In this document: positions 8,285 to 15,904 of the stretch, in pieces
Layout of the letters: every line of letters begins with the position of its first letter
Position numbering within the stretch: position 1 is the stretch's first letter
Assembly (NCBI GenBank): GCA_964403955.1
Contig: CAYOID010000006.1
Span: forward strand, 3,867-67,866
Origin: an uncultured Desulfohalobiaceae bacterium
GTDB taxonomy: Bacteria > Desulfobacterota > Desulfovibrionia > Desulfovibrionales > Desulfothermaceae
DNA: 64,000 nucleotides
Direction of reading: 5' to 3'
Made by a program: the position numbers and the translations under genes
The notes under the pieces: generated by a model
Told to the model about the DNA's origin: nothing
The model's input: only the letters and a program-made list of their open reading frames with translations
Database searches by the model: none

Positions 8285-8599
8285 TCAGTAGATATCCTTG
8301 CCCTTGACTTCGACCGCGTGCCCTTCACCGGCGTCGAAGACGACCGTGTAGGAGCCTTCGGGCTCGTCAAAGGTGAACTCGGAGTACTCGTCCATCTGAC
8401 CGGTCACGACCTCCTTGCCGTCCTTCTTGACCACCATCCGCACTCCGGAGGCGCTCGATCCGTCAGAAAAGCCGCCTTCGCAGGTGATGGTCCCGTCCCC
8501 GTTGTCCCAGCAGGAGCAGAGCGGGGTGTGGGCCAGGGCCTGGGCCGAGAGCACGGCGCACAGGCACAGCGTTCCGATGAAGATGCCGATTCGTCGCAT
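8285..8599 (-). CDS. small secreted Cys/His protein (104 aa), unknown family
   Basis: ORF track. It has a signal peptide with predicted cleavage ALA|HTPLCSCWDNGDGTITCEGG. An AAGGAGA RBS sits in the feoB 3' end, and the start is 2 nt after the feoB stop. Confidence 0.7.
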   Translation of the reverse strand: MRRIGIFIGTLCLCAVLSAQALAHTPLCSCWDNGDGTITCEGGFSDGSSASGVRMVVKKDGKEVVTGQMDEYSEFTFDEPEGSYTVVFDAGEGHAVEVKGKDIY

Positions 8600-8600
8600 G

Positions 8601-11096
8601 TCAATCTCCTTGTTTTGGTTTGAGTGTTGGCGGTGTGTTCCTGATGAGCCCGACGAGAATGGTCGTCAGGACCATCAGCCCGAAAAAGCCGAACATGGCC
8701 TGCAGCCCGGTCAGGCCCAGGAGCCTGGACCCGGTGAAGACCAGGCTGGCCACGAAGATCCCCAGGCCCATCTGATAGACCAGGGAGAAGAGCATCCACT
8801 TGGCCGAAGCCGTCTGGATCTTGATGGCCATCAGGGTGGCCAGGCAGGGCGGGTAGAGGACCATGAACAGGATCAGGGCCAGGGCGTGCAGGGGGGTGAA
8901 CCCCTTCTCGGTCTCCTTCATCCTGGTCTCCAGGCTGGCCCCGCTCTCCCCGTCCTGCTGGTAGATGGCCCCCAGGGTTGCCACCAGGGACTCCTTGGCC
9001 GCCAGGGCGCTCAGGAGGGAGACGTTGATCCGCCAGTTGAAGCCGGCCCACTGGGTGACAGGTTCCAGGGCGCGGCCCATCTGGCCCAGAAAGCTGGCGT
9101 CGATCCGGGCGGAGCGGATCTCCCGCCGGATGGTCTTGCGCTCCCGAACCAGGTTCTGGAAGGCCCGGCCCACCTCTCTGGCCTCCCTGGGCTTTCTGCC
9201 CCGCTTGACGATCTCGAAGTACTGGGGCTGCTTGCTCTCGAACCGGGCGTTGACCGCATCCGACTCCTCCTTGCTGCCCACTGTCTTCCGGGCCTCCTTG
9301 TATTCGTCCTGGAACCGGATGAGCTCCATGACCGAGGCCTGGTCGGTGAACAGGCCGCTGTAGGGGGAGTCTGCAGCCGTGGCCAAAAACTGCTGGAGGG
9401 CCTGCTGCCCCCGCTGCTCGAAACCGGCCTGCCGGGTCTGGCTCAGCCCGGGAAACTGGAGGAGGATGAAGACCACCACGGCCACGGCCGCGACAATGGT
9501 CACGATCTTGCGCACGAAGAGCCAGGTCCGCTCCACAGCCCGGCCCAGGACCCCCCGAAAGGTGGGCAGGTGGTAGGCCGGCATCTCCATGAGGAAGGGA
9601 GCGGTTTCCCTGCCGCGCAGCACGGTCAGACTGAGGATCTTGGCCACCGGCAGGGCCATGAACAGGGAGATCGTGGCCACGAAGAACATGGCCGGTCCGG
9701 TGTAGTCGGGGAAGTAGGCGTGTACCAGGAGGATGTAGAGCGGGATCTTGGCCAGGCAGTTGAGCATGGGGATGATCAGGATGGTCCCCAGCCTGGCCCG
9801 CTCGTCCGGAATGCCCTTGGAGGACATGATCGCGGGTACGGCGCAGCCGCCGATGTAGACCCCGCCCAGGACCATGGGCAGGGTGGACTGGCCGTGCAGC
9901 CCGAACCGCTTGAAGAGGCGGTCCATGATGAAGGCCATCCTGGGCATGTAGCCCACGTCTTCCAGAAAGGCCACCAGGGAGAAAAGAATCAGAAAGATGG
10001 GGATGTAGTTCAAAAGAGCGTTCACGCTGTCGATGAACCACAGGCCGAGGCTCCGGAGCATGGGGTCGAAGAGGAAGCTGGAGCGGGGAAGCGCCGAGGC
10101 CGCCAGCCCCTTGAGGGCCTCCAGCAGGGGCCAGGTGTAGTCCGTCAGCTTGTAGCCCTGGACAATGGCCAGCTCGTAGAGCAGGTAGATGACCCCTACC
10201 AGGATCAGCGGCCCCAGGATCTTGTGGCAGAGGACGCTGTCGACGCGGTCGGTCAGTTTGGCCTGATGGGGGCTCCTGGCTGTGGTGAACGCGTCCCCGA
10301 TCCGGGTGGCCTTCTGAAACCGGCTCAGGCTGATGAGCCGTTCAGGGGCCTGGCCCTGCTCCTTCTCGATCTCGGAGCGCAGGGCGGACACCCGCTCGAG
10401 CAGGCTCTGAGTTTCCCGGCCCCTGTCCTGGAGCATGTCCCAGAGGATGGGGTCCTTTTCCAGCAGCTTGACCGCCAGCCAGCGCAGGGGCAGGTGGGAG
10501 GGCAGGCCCTGGGTGTCCCTGAGCAGGCCGATGACCTCTTCAATGGCCGGCTCCAGGGGACCGTAGTCGATCCTGGATTTCGACCGGTCGACGTCCTGCT
10601 CGGCCGCCCGGGCAATGGCCTGCTTGAGCTCGTTTCTGCCCTGCCCAGTCTTGGCCGACATGGGCACCACAGGCACCCCGAGGGCCTCGCTCAGACCCTG
10701 GACGTCCACGTTGAGATTGTTTTTCCGGGCCACGTCGATCTTGTTCAGGTCCAGGACCAGGCGCTGCTCCATCTCCGCGATCTGCAGGAACAGGGACAGG
10801 TGGCGCTTGAGGGTGGTGGCGTCGGCCACCTGGACCACCACGTCCGGCTGCTCCTCCAGGAGAAAGTCCCTGGCCACCCTCTCCTCCAGGGAGTAGGTGC
10901 TCAGGGAGTAGGTCCCGGGCAGGTCGGTGATCTCCATTTTCAGCCCGTTGTGGCTGTAGGCCCCGACTTTCTTCTCCACCGTGACCCCGGGATAGTTGGC
11001 CACATGCTGGCGGGCCCCGGTCAAGAGGTTGAAGACCGTGGACTTGCCGCTGTTGGGCTGTCCCGCCAGGGCGATCCGGACTCGACCCTCAGCCAT
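8601..11096 (-). CDS. feoB: ferrous iron transporter FeoB (long form, 831 aa)
   Basis: It has the N-terminal G-domain IALAGQPNSGKSTVFNLLTG...NYPGVTVEKK...DLPGTYSL followed by a polytopic gate domain. It overlaps the feoA stop by 8 nt. Confidence 0.95.
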   Translation of the reverse strand: MAEGRVRIALAGQPNSGKSTVFNLLTGARQHVANYPGVTVEKKVGAYSHNGLKMEITDLPGTYSLSTYSLEERVARDFLLEEQPDVVVQVADATTLKRHLSLFLQIAEMEQRLVLDLNKIDVARKNNLNVDVQGLSEALGVPVVPMSAKTGQGRNELKQAIARAAEQDVDRSKSRIDYGPLEPAIEEVIGLLRDTQGLPSHLPLRWLAVKLLEKDPILWDMLQDRGRETQSLLERVSALRSEIEKEQGQAPERLISLSRFQKATRIGDAFTTARSPHQAKLTDRVDSVLCHKILGPLILVGVIYLLYELAIVQGYKLTDYTWPLLEALKGLAASALPRSSFLFDPMLRSLGLWFIDSVNALLNYIPIFLILFSLVAFLEDVGYMPRMAFIMDRLFKRFGLHGQSTLPMVLGGVYIGGCAVPAIMSSKGIPDERARLGTILIIPMLNCLAKIPLYILLVHAYFPDYTGPAMFFVATISLFMALPVAKILSLTVLRGRETAPFLMEMPAYHLPTFRGVLGRAVERTWLFVRKIVTIVAAVAVVVFILLQFPGLSQTRQAGFEQRGQQALQQFLATAADSPYSGLFTDQASVMELIRFQDEYKEARKTVGSKEESDAVNARFESKQPQYFEIVKRGRKPREAREVGRAFQNLVRERKTIRREIRSARIDASFLGQMGRALEPVTQWAGFNWRINVSLLSALAAKESLVATLGAIYQQDGESGASLETRMKETEKGFTPLHALALILFMVLYPPCLATLMAIKIQTASAKWMLFSLVYQMGLGIFVASLVFTGSRLLGLTGLQAMFGFFGLMVLTTILVGLIRNTPPTLKPKQGD

Positions 11097-11319
11097 GACA
11101 GGCCTCCACCTTGACGCAGCCGGCCTCCTCCCTGCGCATGCTGATGAGATAGCCGTCCAGCTCCAGCTCCACCGGGTCCTTGAGAGGGGCGTTGCGGACC
11201 ACCTTGACCAGCTGGCCCGGAAGCAGGCCGAGGTCGAGGAGCCTCTGCCCCAGAAGGCTCTCGGCGTTGACGGCCTGGATGAGGCAGCTCTGACCGGGAA
11301 GGATCTCTTTGAGGGTCAT
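11089..11319 (-). CDS. feoA: FeoA
   Basis: Internal start within ORF 11089..11472: MTLKEILPGQSCLIQAVNAESLLGQRLLDLGLLPGQLVKVVRNAPLKDPVELELDGYLISMRREEA. RBS is AAGGAGA. Confidence 0.9.
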   Translation of the reverse strand: MTLKEILPGQSCLIQAVNAESLLGQRLLDLGLLPGQLVKVVRNAPLKDPVELELDGYLISMRREEAGCVKVEACHG

Positions 11320-11412
11320 GACGTTCTCCTTGAATGCCGGCCCGGGTTCACAAGGCTGACAATGACAGTTTGAGAGTGCACAAATGATGGTCATTTTTTG
11401 AATTGTCCACCT

Positions 11413-11435
11413 GTAGGGGCGAGCGGCGCTCGCCC
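11413..11435. repeat. REP-like palindrome GTAGGGGCGAGCGGCGCTCGCCC
   Basis: This GC-rich palindrome lies in the feoA-feoA intergenic spacer. Related copies are at 33459-33526 and 61026-61153. Confidence 0.7.
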
Positions 11436-11468
11436 TGGATACTCCCAGCGGCGCCCGCCCCCCACGCA

Positions 11469-11792
11469 TCACGCCGGGCTCGGCTCCATGGCCAGAATGG
11501 CACTGGACATGCCCCGGCCGAGCATGAACCTGGAGTTTTCCACAGCCACCAGCAGGGGGCCGCTGCCGGAGTTGACCACGACGGTGACCTCTGTTCCGGG
11601 CATGAGCCCCAGGCTCTCCATCTTGCCCCAGAGCTGCCTCCCTCCCGAGTGCCCGACGATGACCACCTTCCGTCCCGGGCCAAAGCAGGACAAGGCTTTG
11701 ACCCGTGGAGAACCCGTCAGGTCCTGGCTCGAACTGTCTGCCGGGCTTGCGGTTTGAGCCCGTGCACTGAGGCCGTTATTTTTCTTGAACAT
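11469..11792 (-). CDS. FeoA-domain protein with N-terminal extension
   Basis: Internal start MFKKNNG... within ORF 11469..11849. The C-terminal half RKVVIVGHSGGRQLWGKMESLGLMPGTEVTVVVNSGSGPLLVAVENSRFMLGRGMSSAI fits the FeoA fold. Confidence 0.8.
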   Translation of the reverse strand: MFKKNNGLSARAQTASPADSSSQDLTGSPRVKALSCFGPGRKVVIVGHSGGRQLWGKMESLGLMPGTEVTVVVNSGSGPLLVAVENSRFMLGRGMSSAILAMEPSPA

Positions 11793-11806
11793 AGATCCCC
11801 CAGAAC

Positions 11807-11893
11807 AAAAAAAGGCGTCACCCGGCAGCTCTTCAAAAGCCCGGGTCACGCCTCCACTTCCTCCGCGCTTTGAAAAGCCGAAGGCCGTAAGAC
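11807..11893 (-). promoter_or_regulatory. leader element L2 (same architecture as L1 and L3) with intrinsic terminator
   Basis: The minus strand reads UUGUCUUACGG CCUUCGGCUUUUCAAAGCGCGGAGG AAGUGGAGGCGUGACCCGGGC..GCCGGGUGACGCCUUUUUUU and ends 15 nt before the feoA-like ATG. Confidence 0.55.
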
Positions 11894-11898
11894 AATTC

Positions 11899-11927
11899 TT
11901 TTTGAGTTAAGACTCTCTACTCAAAAA
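11899..11927. promoter_or_regulatory. palindrome TTTTTGAGT-N11-ACTCAAAAA (candidate operator or extra leader hairpin)
   Basis: It has perfect 9-bp arms and lies 5 nt upstream (minus strand) of the L2 core. A TTGACA hexamer is at 11961-11966 (minus strand). Confidence 0.4.
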
Positions 11928-11997
11928 CGACAAAGTGAACTTGCCTCTGCGGCTCACATTTGTCAAGTCTTTTTCCTGCTCTTCGCAGGAAAAAGAT

Positions 11998-12189
11998 CTA
12001 TAGTTGTTCAGGCTGCTTTTCAGCGTGCGACAGGAGCCTCTGCTCGATGATCGCCTGGATGTCGTCCCGGACAGGGTTGTGAATTTCCAGCCTGGAACGG
12101 CAGTTGATGTGACTGCACTGTCCCTGCCTGAACATATTGACGCCTTTGGACGACCATTTCTTTGCTTTTTGTTTCATGTCGTACAGCAT
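11998..12189 (-). CDS. hypothetical 63-aa protein
   Basis: Internal ATG of ORF 11998..12234 with RBS GGAGGGAAC-ATG. The product MLYDMKQKAKKWSSKGVNMFRQGQCSHINCRSRLEIHN... matches no family I recognise. Confidence 0.5.
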   Translation of the reverse strand: MLYDMKQKAKKWSSKGVNMFRQGQCSHINCRSRLEIHNPVRDDIQAIIEQRLLSHAEKQPEQL

Positions 12190-12353
12190 GTTCCCTCCTG
12201 TCAGTCTTTTGAAGTGTCTTGAGCCCCAGTGCAAAAAGTCCAGCCGGTCGTTTTTCGTTGTCGGGCTAAAAGTGGAACTCTTTGATTATACTGACTCCTG
12301 AATACTGAATTCCGAATTCTTGCGGCTGCATCCTGGTTTTTTGCAGCCGCATC

Positions 12354-13604
12354 TCAATTGATCTGCTCTCCAACCGCTTCCGAACTGAAGATCACCTCGG
12401 ACACGGCGTTCAGGCTCGAGTTCTCGAGCATGTGAAAGGTCTTGCTGTGCTTCTTGGACAGATTCTTGACCGCGCTGCAGGCCGTGTGGCTGTTGCAGCT
12501 GACCGGGCAGATGACCATGTCGGCCCTTTTCAGGCGTGCCTCGAGCTGCTTGAGCCCTCCTTTCGTGGTCCCGTCGTGGTGTTCGAATATCCCGCCGCGG
12601 CCTTCAATGAGCCCCCGAAACAGGGTCTCCATCCTGGTGATCCCCCCGACAATGAGGATCCGCTTCTGGCAGAGATCATAGGACGGGCAGTTCTCGTCGC
12701 ACCGGTCCGTGGGCAGGGCCTGGTCCATGATCTCCACGGACTGTTTCTTGAACTGCCTGATCATGGCCTTCTGCCGCTTCAGCTCCACGGACAGGATGTC
12801 CGCCTTGTGCTTCAGGGCTTCCAGCTTCAGCTCTCTGTCCTGCAGCTCTTGCTCCAGGACAGCATTCTTCTCCTTCAGGTCCAAGTTGTCCCTTTCCAGT
12901 TCGCCAAAGCGATGGGTGACTTGCAGACCAGCGAGCTCATCTTTCAACCCGGTTGCTTCCTTCTCTGCAGCTTCCGCCCTGGCCTTCAGCCCGGCATGTT
13001 CCCGGCGCAGCTCTTTGTTCTCCCTGTGCAGCCTCTTCCTGTCCCTGCCTGCGTCCTTGAGGCTCAAGCGCTGCTGTTCGAGCATCTTGTGCTGTCTGCC
13101 CAGCTTCTGTCTCATGGCCAGAACCTGCTCGCTGTGAAAATGCATGGTCATGTGCACGGTCCCGAAAATCTCTCTCTTGAGTCCAGGCGGCAGATCAGGG
13201 GAAATGGCTGCTGCCCACAAAACCGGCGCAGGGTTGCCTTCGTCGCATGCGAGCTTGCAGTGGGCCGCCAGAGACAGGTGATCGAGCTCCCTGAACAGAG
13301 CAGCGTCTGCTCCGAATTTGCGGTCAAGCAGGCTGTCGACCCTTCTGGACAAGGGACTTTCATTTTTGGAGCTGGCCACCAGGGCCTCGTGGAGCTCGAA
13401 GGGAGAGGCTTTTTTCACCGCCAGATCGGTCTTCTTCAAGAGCTGTCGCTGTTCGGAAGCACTGAGGCACATGCCGATCACCGGGCAGATGAACAGCTGG
13501 TCGATTTCCCAGAATTTCAGCCTGGATCTGGGCTGAGCCTCCTGAACGTCCTGACAGAAGATGCTGGTTTCAACCTGTTCCGGACATGGTGTCGTCACTG
13601 GCAT
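12354..13604 (-). CDS. DUF2325-domain protein with long central coiled coil
   Basis: Start is set at MPVTTPC (RBS AAGGAGGA). The C-terminus ILIVGGITRMETLFRGLIEGRGGIFEHHDGTTKGGLKQLEARLKRADMVICPVSCNSHTA matches my recollection of the DUF2325 signature. The middle ~150 aa are heptad-rich (KELRREHAGLKARAEAAEKEATGLKDEL...). Confidence 0.75.
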   Translation of the reverse strand: MPVTTPCPEQVETSIFCQDVQEAQPRSRLKFWEIDQLFICPVIGMCLSASEQRQLLKKTDLAVKKASPFELHEALVASSKNESPLSRRVDSLLDRKFGADAALFRELDHLSLAAHCKLACDEGNPAPVLWAAAISPDLPPGLKREIFGTVHMTMHFHSEQVLAMRQKLGRQHKMLEQQRLSLKDAGRDRKRLHRENKELRREHAGLKARAEAAEKEATGLKDELAGLQVTHRFGELERDNLDLKEKNAVLEQELQDRELKLEALKHKADILSVELKRQKAMIRQFKKQSVEIMDQALPTDRCDENCPSYDLCQKRILIVGGITRMETLFRGLIEGRGGIFEHHDGTTKGGLKQLEARLKRADMVICPVSCNSHTACSAVKNLSKKHSKTFHMLENSSLNAVSEVIFSSEAVGEQIN

Positions 13605-13653
13605 GCGATCCTCCTTGTCTGTGCTCAATCAGACGCGTTCAGTTTTCAGCCAT

Positions 13654-13731
13654 AAAAAAGGCGCGTCCCGGCTCATCCAGGGTGCGCCTTCACTGATCCC
13701 CCGCCCTTGAAAAGGGTGGGACCCGTAAGAC
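13654..13731 (-). promoter_or_regulatory. leader element L3 with intrinsic terminator
   Basis: The minus strand reads GGUCUUACGG GUCCCACCCUUUUCAAGGGCGGGGGAUC AGUGAAGGCGCACCC..GACGCGCCUUUUUU, 50 nt before the DUF2325 start. Confidence 0.55.
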
Positions 13732-13849
13732 CTGTCTCCATGCGTCCGCAGCGTTGCTAGGGCCTTGAGGTTCAAGTCAGCTTTGCCTCTGGCAAAACTG
13801 GCTTCTTGACATTAAAATGAAGTAAAGATTTCGTTTTCTTACACAAGTC

Positions 13850-14143
13850 TCATTCATTTTCGATCAGGACCTGGGTCAACCTCTTGCGCAGGGCGGCCAG
13901 CTGCTTGGACTTGAACGATTTTCTGCTCTCCTCGAGGATGTCGATGGCTTCCTTGACCGCCTCTTCCAGCCTCTGCTCCCGGGACCGTTTGGGGCACTGA
14001 GCCCGCAGGGCCTGCAGCCCTGATTCGTCGATCTCACCCTTCATGAGGCTGTTGATCAGGCAGCAGTGGGTGTCGATGCCGTGCTGCAGCTCCCTGATGC
14101 TGGCGTTCAAGGCGTTGATGAGGTCCTTCTTCTCCCCGGCCAT
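13850..14143 (-). CDS. hypothetical all-helical 97-aa protein (HCC motif)
   Basis: ORF track. It lies 70 nt downstream of the DtxR-family gene. The product MAGEKKDLINALNASIRELQHGIDTHCCLINSLMKGE... has no recognised family. Confidence 0.55.
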   Translation of the reverse strand: MAGEKKDLINALNASIRELQHGIDTHCCLINSLMKGEIDESGLQALRAQCPKRSREQRLEEAVKEAIDILEESRKSFKSKQLAALRKRLTQVLIENE

Positions 14144-14213
14144 ATCTTAGTAGCCTCTTGTGTAGTTTTGCTTATCTAACTCAAGCATCAAAAAAAAGGC
14201 TTCGCTGAGACCA

Positions 14214-14792
14214 TCACTCGTTGTGTGTGCTGGAAGCCACCTGATCCTTCACGTCAGAGGAGAACTCATTGATCCTGGCCTGGCATTTCTCCGGCCTGCG
14301 CCCTTCCCTGCGGTACTCTTCAAAATAGTTGAGCCAGCTCTCGCCGGCCCTGGGGCAGGCCTGGATGAAGGCCATGAAGTCGGTCAGGCTGTCCAGGGTG
14401 GCGGTGCTGAGCGCATGCTCCATCTTGCAGGCGTCTTCGTTGGCGGTGTCAAAGTCGATTTTCAGGATCTCGGTCAGGAACTGGAGCAGAATGTCATGCC
14501 GGTGGCGCATGTCCTTGCCCACGACCGTTCCGTCATCGGTCAGCTCCACGTACTCGTACTTCTCGTAGTGGACCAGCCCCCTGCCGCTCAGATTCTTGAG
14601 CATGCTGGTCACCGTGGGCATCTTGACATCCAGCCGTTTGGCGATGTCCTTGACCCGGACGAACTTCTTGTCCTGGCTGAGATCGAAGATCGCCTCCAGG
14701 TAGTCCTCCATAGCCGGGGTCAGTGGCTTGTCGTTCTGGGTTGCTTTTGTCTCAGGGACCAAGGCTTGTTCTCGCGGTGTTAGATTCTTCAA
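14214..14792 (-). CDS. DtxR/MntR-family metal-dependent transcriptional regulator
   Basis: The motifs LTPAMEDYLEAIFDLSQDKKFVRVKDIAKRLDVKMPTVTSMLKNLSGRGLV...RHRHDILLQFL fit the family. The start is a TTG in the ORF track, so the exact start is uncertain. Confidence 0.85.
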   Translation of the reverse strand: MKNLTPREQALVPETKATQNDKPLTPAMEDYLEAIFDLSQDKKFVRVKDIAKRLDVKMPTVTSMLKNLSGRGLVHYEKYEYVELTDDGTVVGKDMRHRHDILLQFLTEILKIDFDTANEDACKMEHALSTATLDSLTDFMAFIQACPRAGESWLNYFEEYRREGRRPEKCQARINEFSSDVKDQVASSTHNE

Positions 14793-14806
14793 ACTTGTAT
14801 TTGATT

Positions 14807-14825
14807 TCCAAATACACGATCCCCC
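14807..14825. promoter_or_regulatory. inverted repeat GTATTTG-N5-CAAATAC just upstream of the DtxR-family gene
   Basis: It has perfect 7-bp arms in the AT-rich spacer between the znuA stop and the regulator start. It is a candidate autoregulatory operator. Confidence 0.3.
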
Positions 14826-14894
14826 AAACCTGTGTCAAGCATGGTATGGACATTTTTTTGGGGCGGGACATTGCCGCTGTTTCAAAAGGTTGTG

Positions 14895-15833
14895 CTAGTT
14901 CAGGGCTTGCTTCAATGCCCTGGCGGCGTGGAGAAGGTTTTCGGACCAGTTTTCAGCTAAAGGATCGAGTTCGACAACCCGTGCACCCATTTCCCTGGCA
15001 ATGACCTGGGCACTCTTGTCCGAAAACTGCGGCTGGACAAACACCGCTGTGATGCCAAGCTCGCGGCCATGGCGGACGATCTCGGCCAGTTCCTTCGGGC
15101 TCGGTTGCTTGCCTTCAGACTCGATGGGCACCTGATTCAGGTCGTACTGCCGGGCAAAATAGCCCCATGCCGGGTGAAACACCATGAAAGACCGCTTGTC
15201 TTCAGGCAGAGACGTGAACATGGCCCGAATCTTGTCATCCAGCCCGTCAAGCTCGTTCAAAAAATCCTTCAAGTTCTGGTCATAGATCGCTTTGTTGGAA
15301 GGATCGATCTTCACCAGCCCGTCACGGATGGTGCGGGCCTGTATCTTAACCAGGACAGGATCAAGCCAGATGTGAGGATCAAGGATCCGGTCATCCTTGT
15401 GCCGATCCTCGTGACCATGTCCTTTGTCATGCTGATGGCCGTGAGCATCGTGATGGTCTCCGTGGTGGTGACCAGAAGCGTGCTGATGAGCAGCCATGGC
15501 CCATTTCCTGATGTTCTCGTCAGTTGCAAAAAAGGACATCTTTGAATTGATCGCAGAAATGCGCGGCAGCCAGGTGCTTTCAAAGGGAACCCCAATGGAG
15601 AAATAGGCCGCAGCCATACTCAGCTCTGTCATTTGACCGGGAGAAGGTTCGTACGTGGCCGGACTGGCCCCTGGCATGACCATCACAGAGACATCTACGA
15701 GGTCGCCGCTGATGTGCTTCACAAAAGTGCGCTGCGGTAAAATGCTGACGTAAACCAGAGGATTGTCCTTGGCCACCGCAAAAGGAATGGCTGCAAGGCA
15801 CATCAAGCATGTGAACAGAATAACCTTTTTCAT
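14895..15833 (-). CDS. znuA: metal ABC-transporter substrate-binding protein, ZnuA-like with His-rich loop
   Basis: Start is set at MKKVILFTCL (RBS GGAGGG). The loop HQHASGHHHGDHHDAHGHQHDKGHGHEDRHKDD is typical of ZnuA. No znuB or znuC is adjacent. Confidence 0.85.
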   Translation of the reverse strand: MKKVILFTCLMCLAAIPFAVAKDNPLVYVSILPQRTFVKHISGDLVDVSVMVMPGASPATYEPSPGQMTELSMAAAYFSIGVPFESTWLPRISAINSKMSFFATDENIRKWAMAAHQHASGHHHGDHHDAHGHQHDKGHGHEDRHKDDRILDPHIWLDPVLVKIQARTIRDGLVKIDPSNKAIYDQNLKDFLNELDGLDDKIRAMFTSLPEDKRSFMVFHPAWGYFARQYDLNQVPIESEGKQPSPKELAEIVRHGRELGITAVFVQPQFSDKSAQVIAREMGARVVELDPLAENWSENLLHAARALKQALN

Positions 15834-15904
15834 ATGACCCTCCACAAAGCTTTATGGACAATGATTTTTAGCATAACAATCCGTTATACTTCATACTCTT
15901 GCTT

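Noticed and set aside
8415-11114. 899-aa plus-strand ORF, plus the 545-aa minus-strand out-of-frame ORF 8404..10041, both overlapping feoB
   Set aside because: They lie antisense or out of frame to a gene with unambiguous FeoB motifs. Their translations are Pro/Gly/Arg/Gln-rich low-complexity text, typical of shadow ORFs in high-GC DNA.
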